From assembly GCA_043228905.1 (NCBI GenBank), contig JBHGNT010000001.1, forward strand, positions 868,001-932,000: a DNA stretch of 64,000 bases, in the 5' to 3' direction. The DNA is from Azolla caroliniana. Its lineage: Eukaryota; Plantae; Polypodiophyta. The notes beneath the pieces were generated by a model. That model did not search any database. It had not been told where the DNA came from and was given only the letters and a program-made list of their open reading frames with translations. Below are positions 62,776 through 64,000 of this stretch, one piece after another. The position numbers were made by a program, and so were the translations under genes. Each line of letters starts with the position of its first letter. Positions within the stretch are counted from its first letter, which is position 1.

Positions 62776-64000
62776 ATATTCAAAGAGAAGAAGAAGAAGA
62801 AGAAGACAACGAAGGGCAAAATATCGTGCTGTGTTTGTTGTATGGAGAGAGCTGTTACAAACGATGACGTGGCGATGACGCAATCAAATGACGTGGGTGA
62901 CAAGTACACAAATAATGCATGGGTAATGAAGTGACCCCACACGTGCTATAGACTTATTCCTTTTAATCCACATAATTGACCTCGACCTAGAGTACATAAG
63001 CTATGTAGATAGATCGTTGGAGTGCCACTCAGATCCAATGTGTTACCGGATGAGAGATTGACATAGAGATCATGCTACTTACTCCTTTGATATTTGCCCC
63101 CCCCTAGTGGTTACGGTGAAGACGAGATCTTTATAAATTGTACCTTGCCATGCAAACTTGCGCTTCTCATTCACATGGACTTTTAAACTATTAGTCATAG
63201 TACAGACCCTTTATTTGTTCCCAGTATGGACATATTGGAATTTGGGACATAGACTTGCAGTCACTTTCATATCACATAGCCTTGTATCGACGTTAGTCCC
63301 ATGTCATCCTCATCATCGGTTGCTCAAGTGAGGGACAATTTGTTATGACAAGTGATATACATTGGTTGTTGTTTACACAAATTTCATCTATTAGCTACCC
63401 ATAGTTTCACAAGTTCAATGTGACGGTAACACATACTAATGTGCCACCTACTTCAATCAAGATGTGCCCATTTCTTGCTTGTTGATGTGTCAACTCTATG
63501 TTAGGATTCAACTTTTTAATGTGCCAATATTGTTATTTATTATCGGGTTTTGCTTTCGCACCATTTATTTTCTTCTCTTTCTCGTGTGTATTATGTGTGG
63601 TTTATTTAAACCATACATGAATCATTGGACTTCTTGAACATATGACTCTACATCCATGTGTCCACCATCCATAATATTATCTTTTTTTGGCATTAGAGTC
63701 ATGGTATACTCTTTGTTTTATCTTCTTTGTGTTGAAGTACACTACTCTTAATGTTCTCTTAGTGTTCCTTATGTAATAGACACATATATCAATATGATCT
63801 TTGAATGAATTATATGGAGAGAGAGAGAGAGAGAGAGTATGAACTTAAATCTGCGGGAAGATGTTCAAGAATATGTTTCAATGATTTTATCATGAGTCAT
63901 GTAATGACAAGGTGGGCATTCTTGATCTAAGTTGTAAATTAGATGTCACAATAGTAGAAGAAATCACATTCTTAAGCTTAATATAATCTACAAATTAACA

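Overview
Land-plant nuclear DNA; the PPR style and TE families suggest a fern or other non-seed plant (inference). The first 20 kb holds a damaged Euonymus-lectin (EUL) gene with a PPR relic in its intron, then three intact intron-containing genes: plastid peroxiredoxin Q, plastid ribosomal protein L24 and 20S proteasome alpha-1 (PAA). About 21.7-52.7 kb is one deeply nested TE stack that TSDs resolve. An AACCG-rich DNA-transposon-like relic holds a solo LTR (A) and an L1 LINE. The LINE holds a solo LTR (E) and a Tat-like Ty3/Gypsy element (B, minus strand). B holds a very young Ty3/Gypsy element (C), a gag-only element (D), a solo LTR (F) and two family-E LTRs that mediated an internal inversion. 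A clade-A AHL gene lies at 60.6-61.6 kb. Four observations stand out. (1) C has an AG_GUU_UUU slippery site, a 5-nt spacer and an H-type pseudoknot, with pol in the -2/+1 frame. (2) B has a tRNA-Arg-like sequence where its polypurine tract should be. (3) A TGTCGTG-LTR family, tRNA-Trp-primed where a PBS survives, makes 4-bp NCGG TSDs in 4 of 4 insertions. (4) B carries an env-position extra ORF preceded by a splice acceptor. All coordinates and identities were read by eye; no searches were run.
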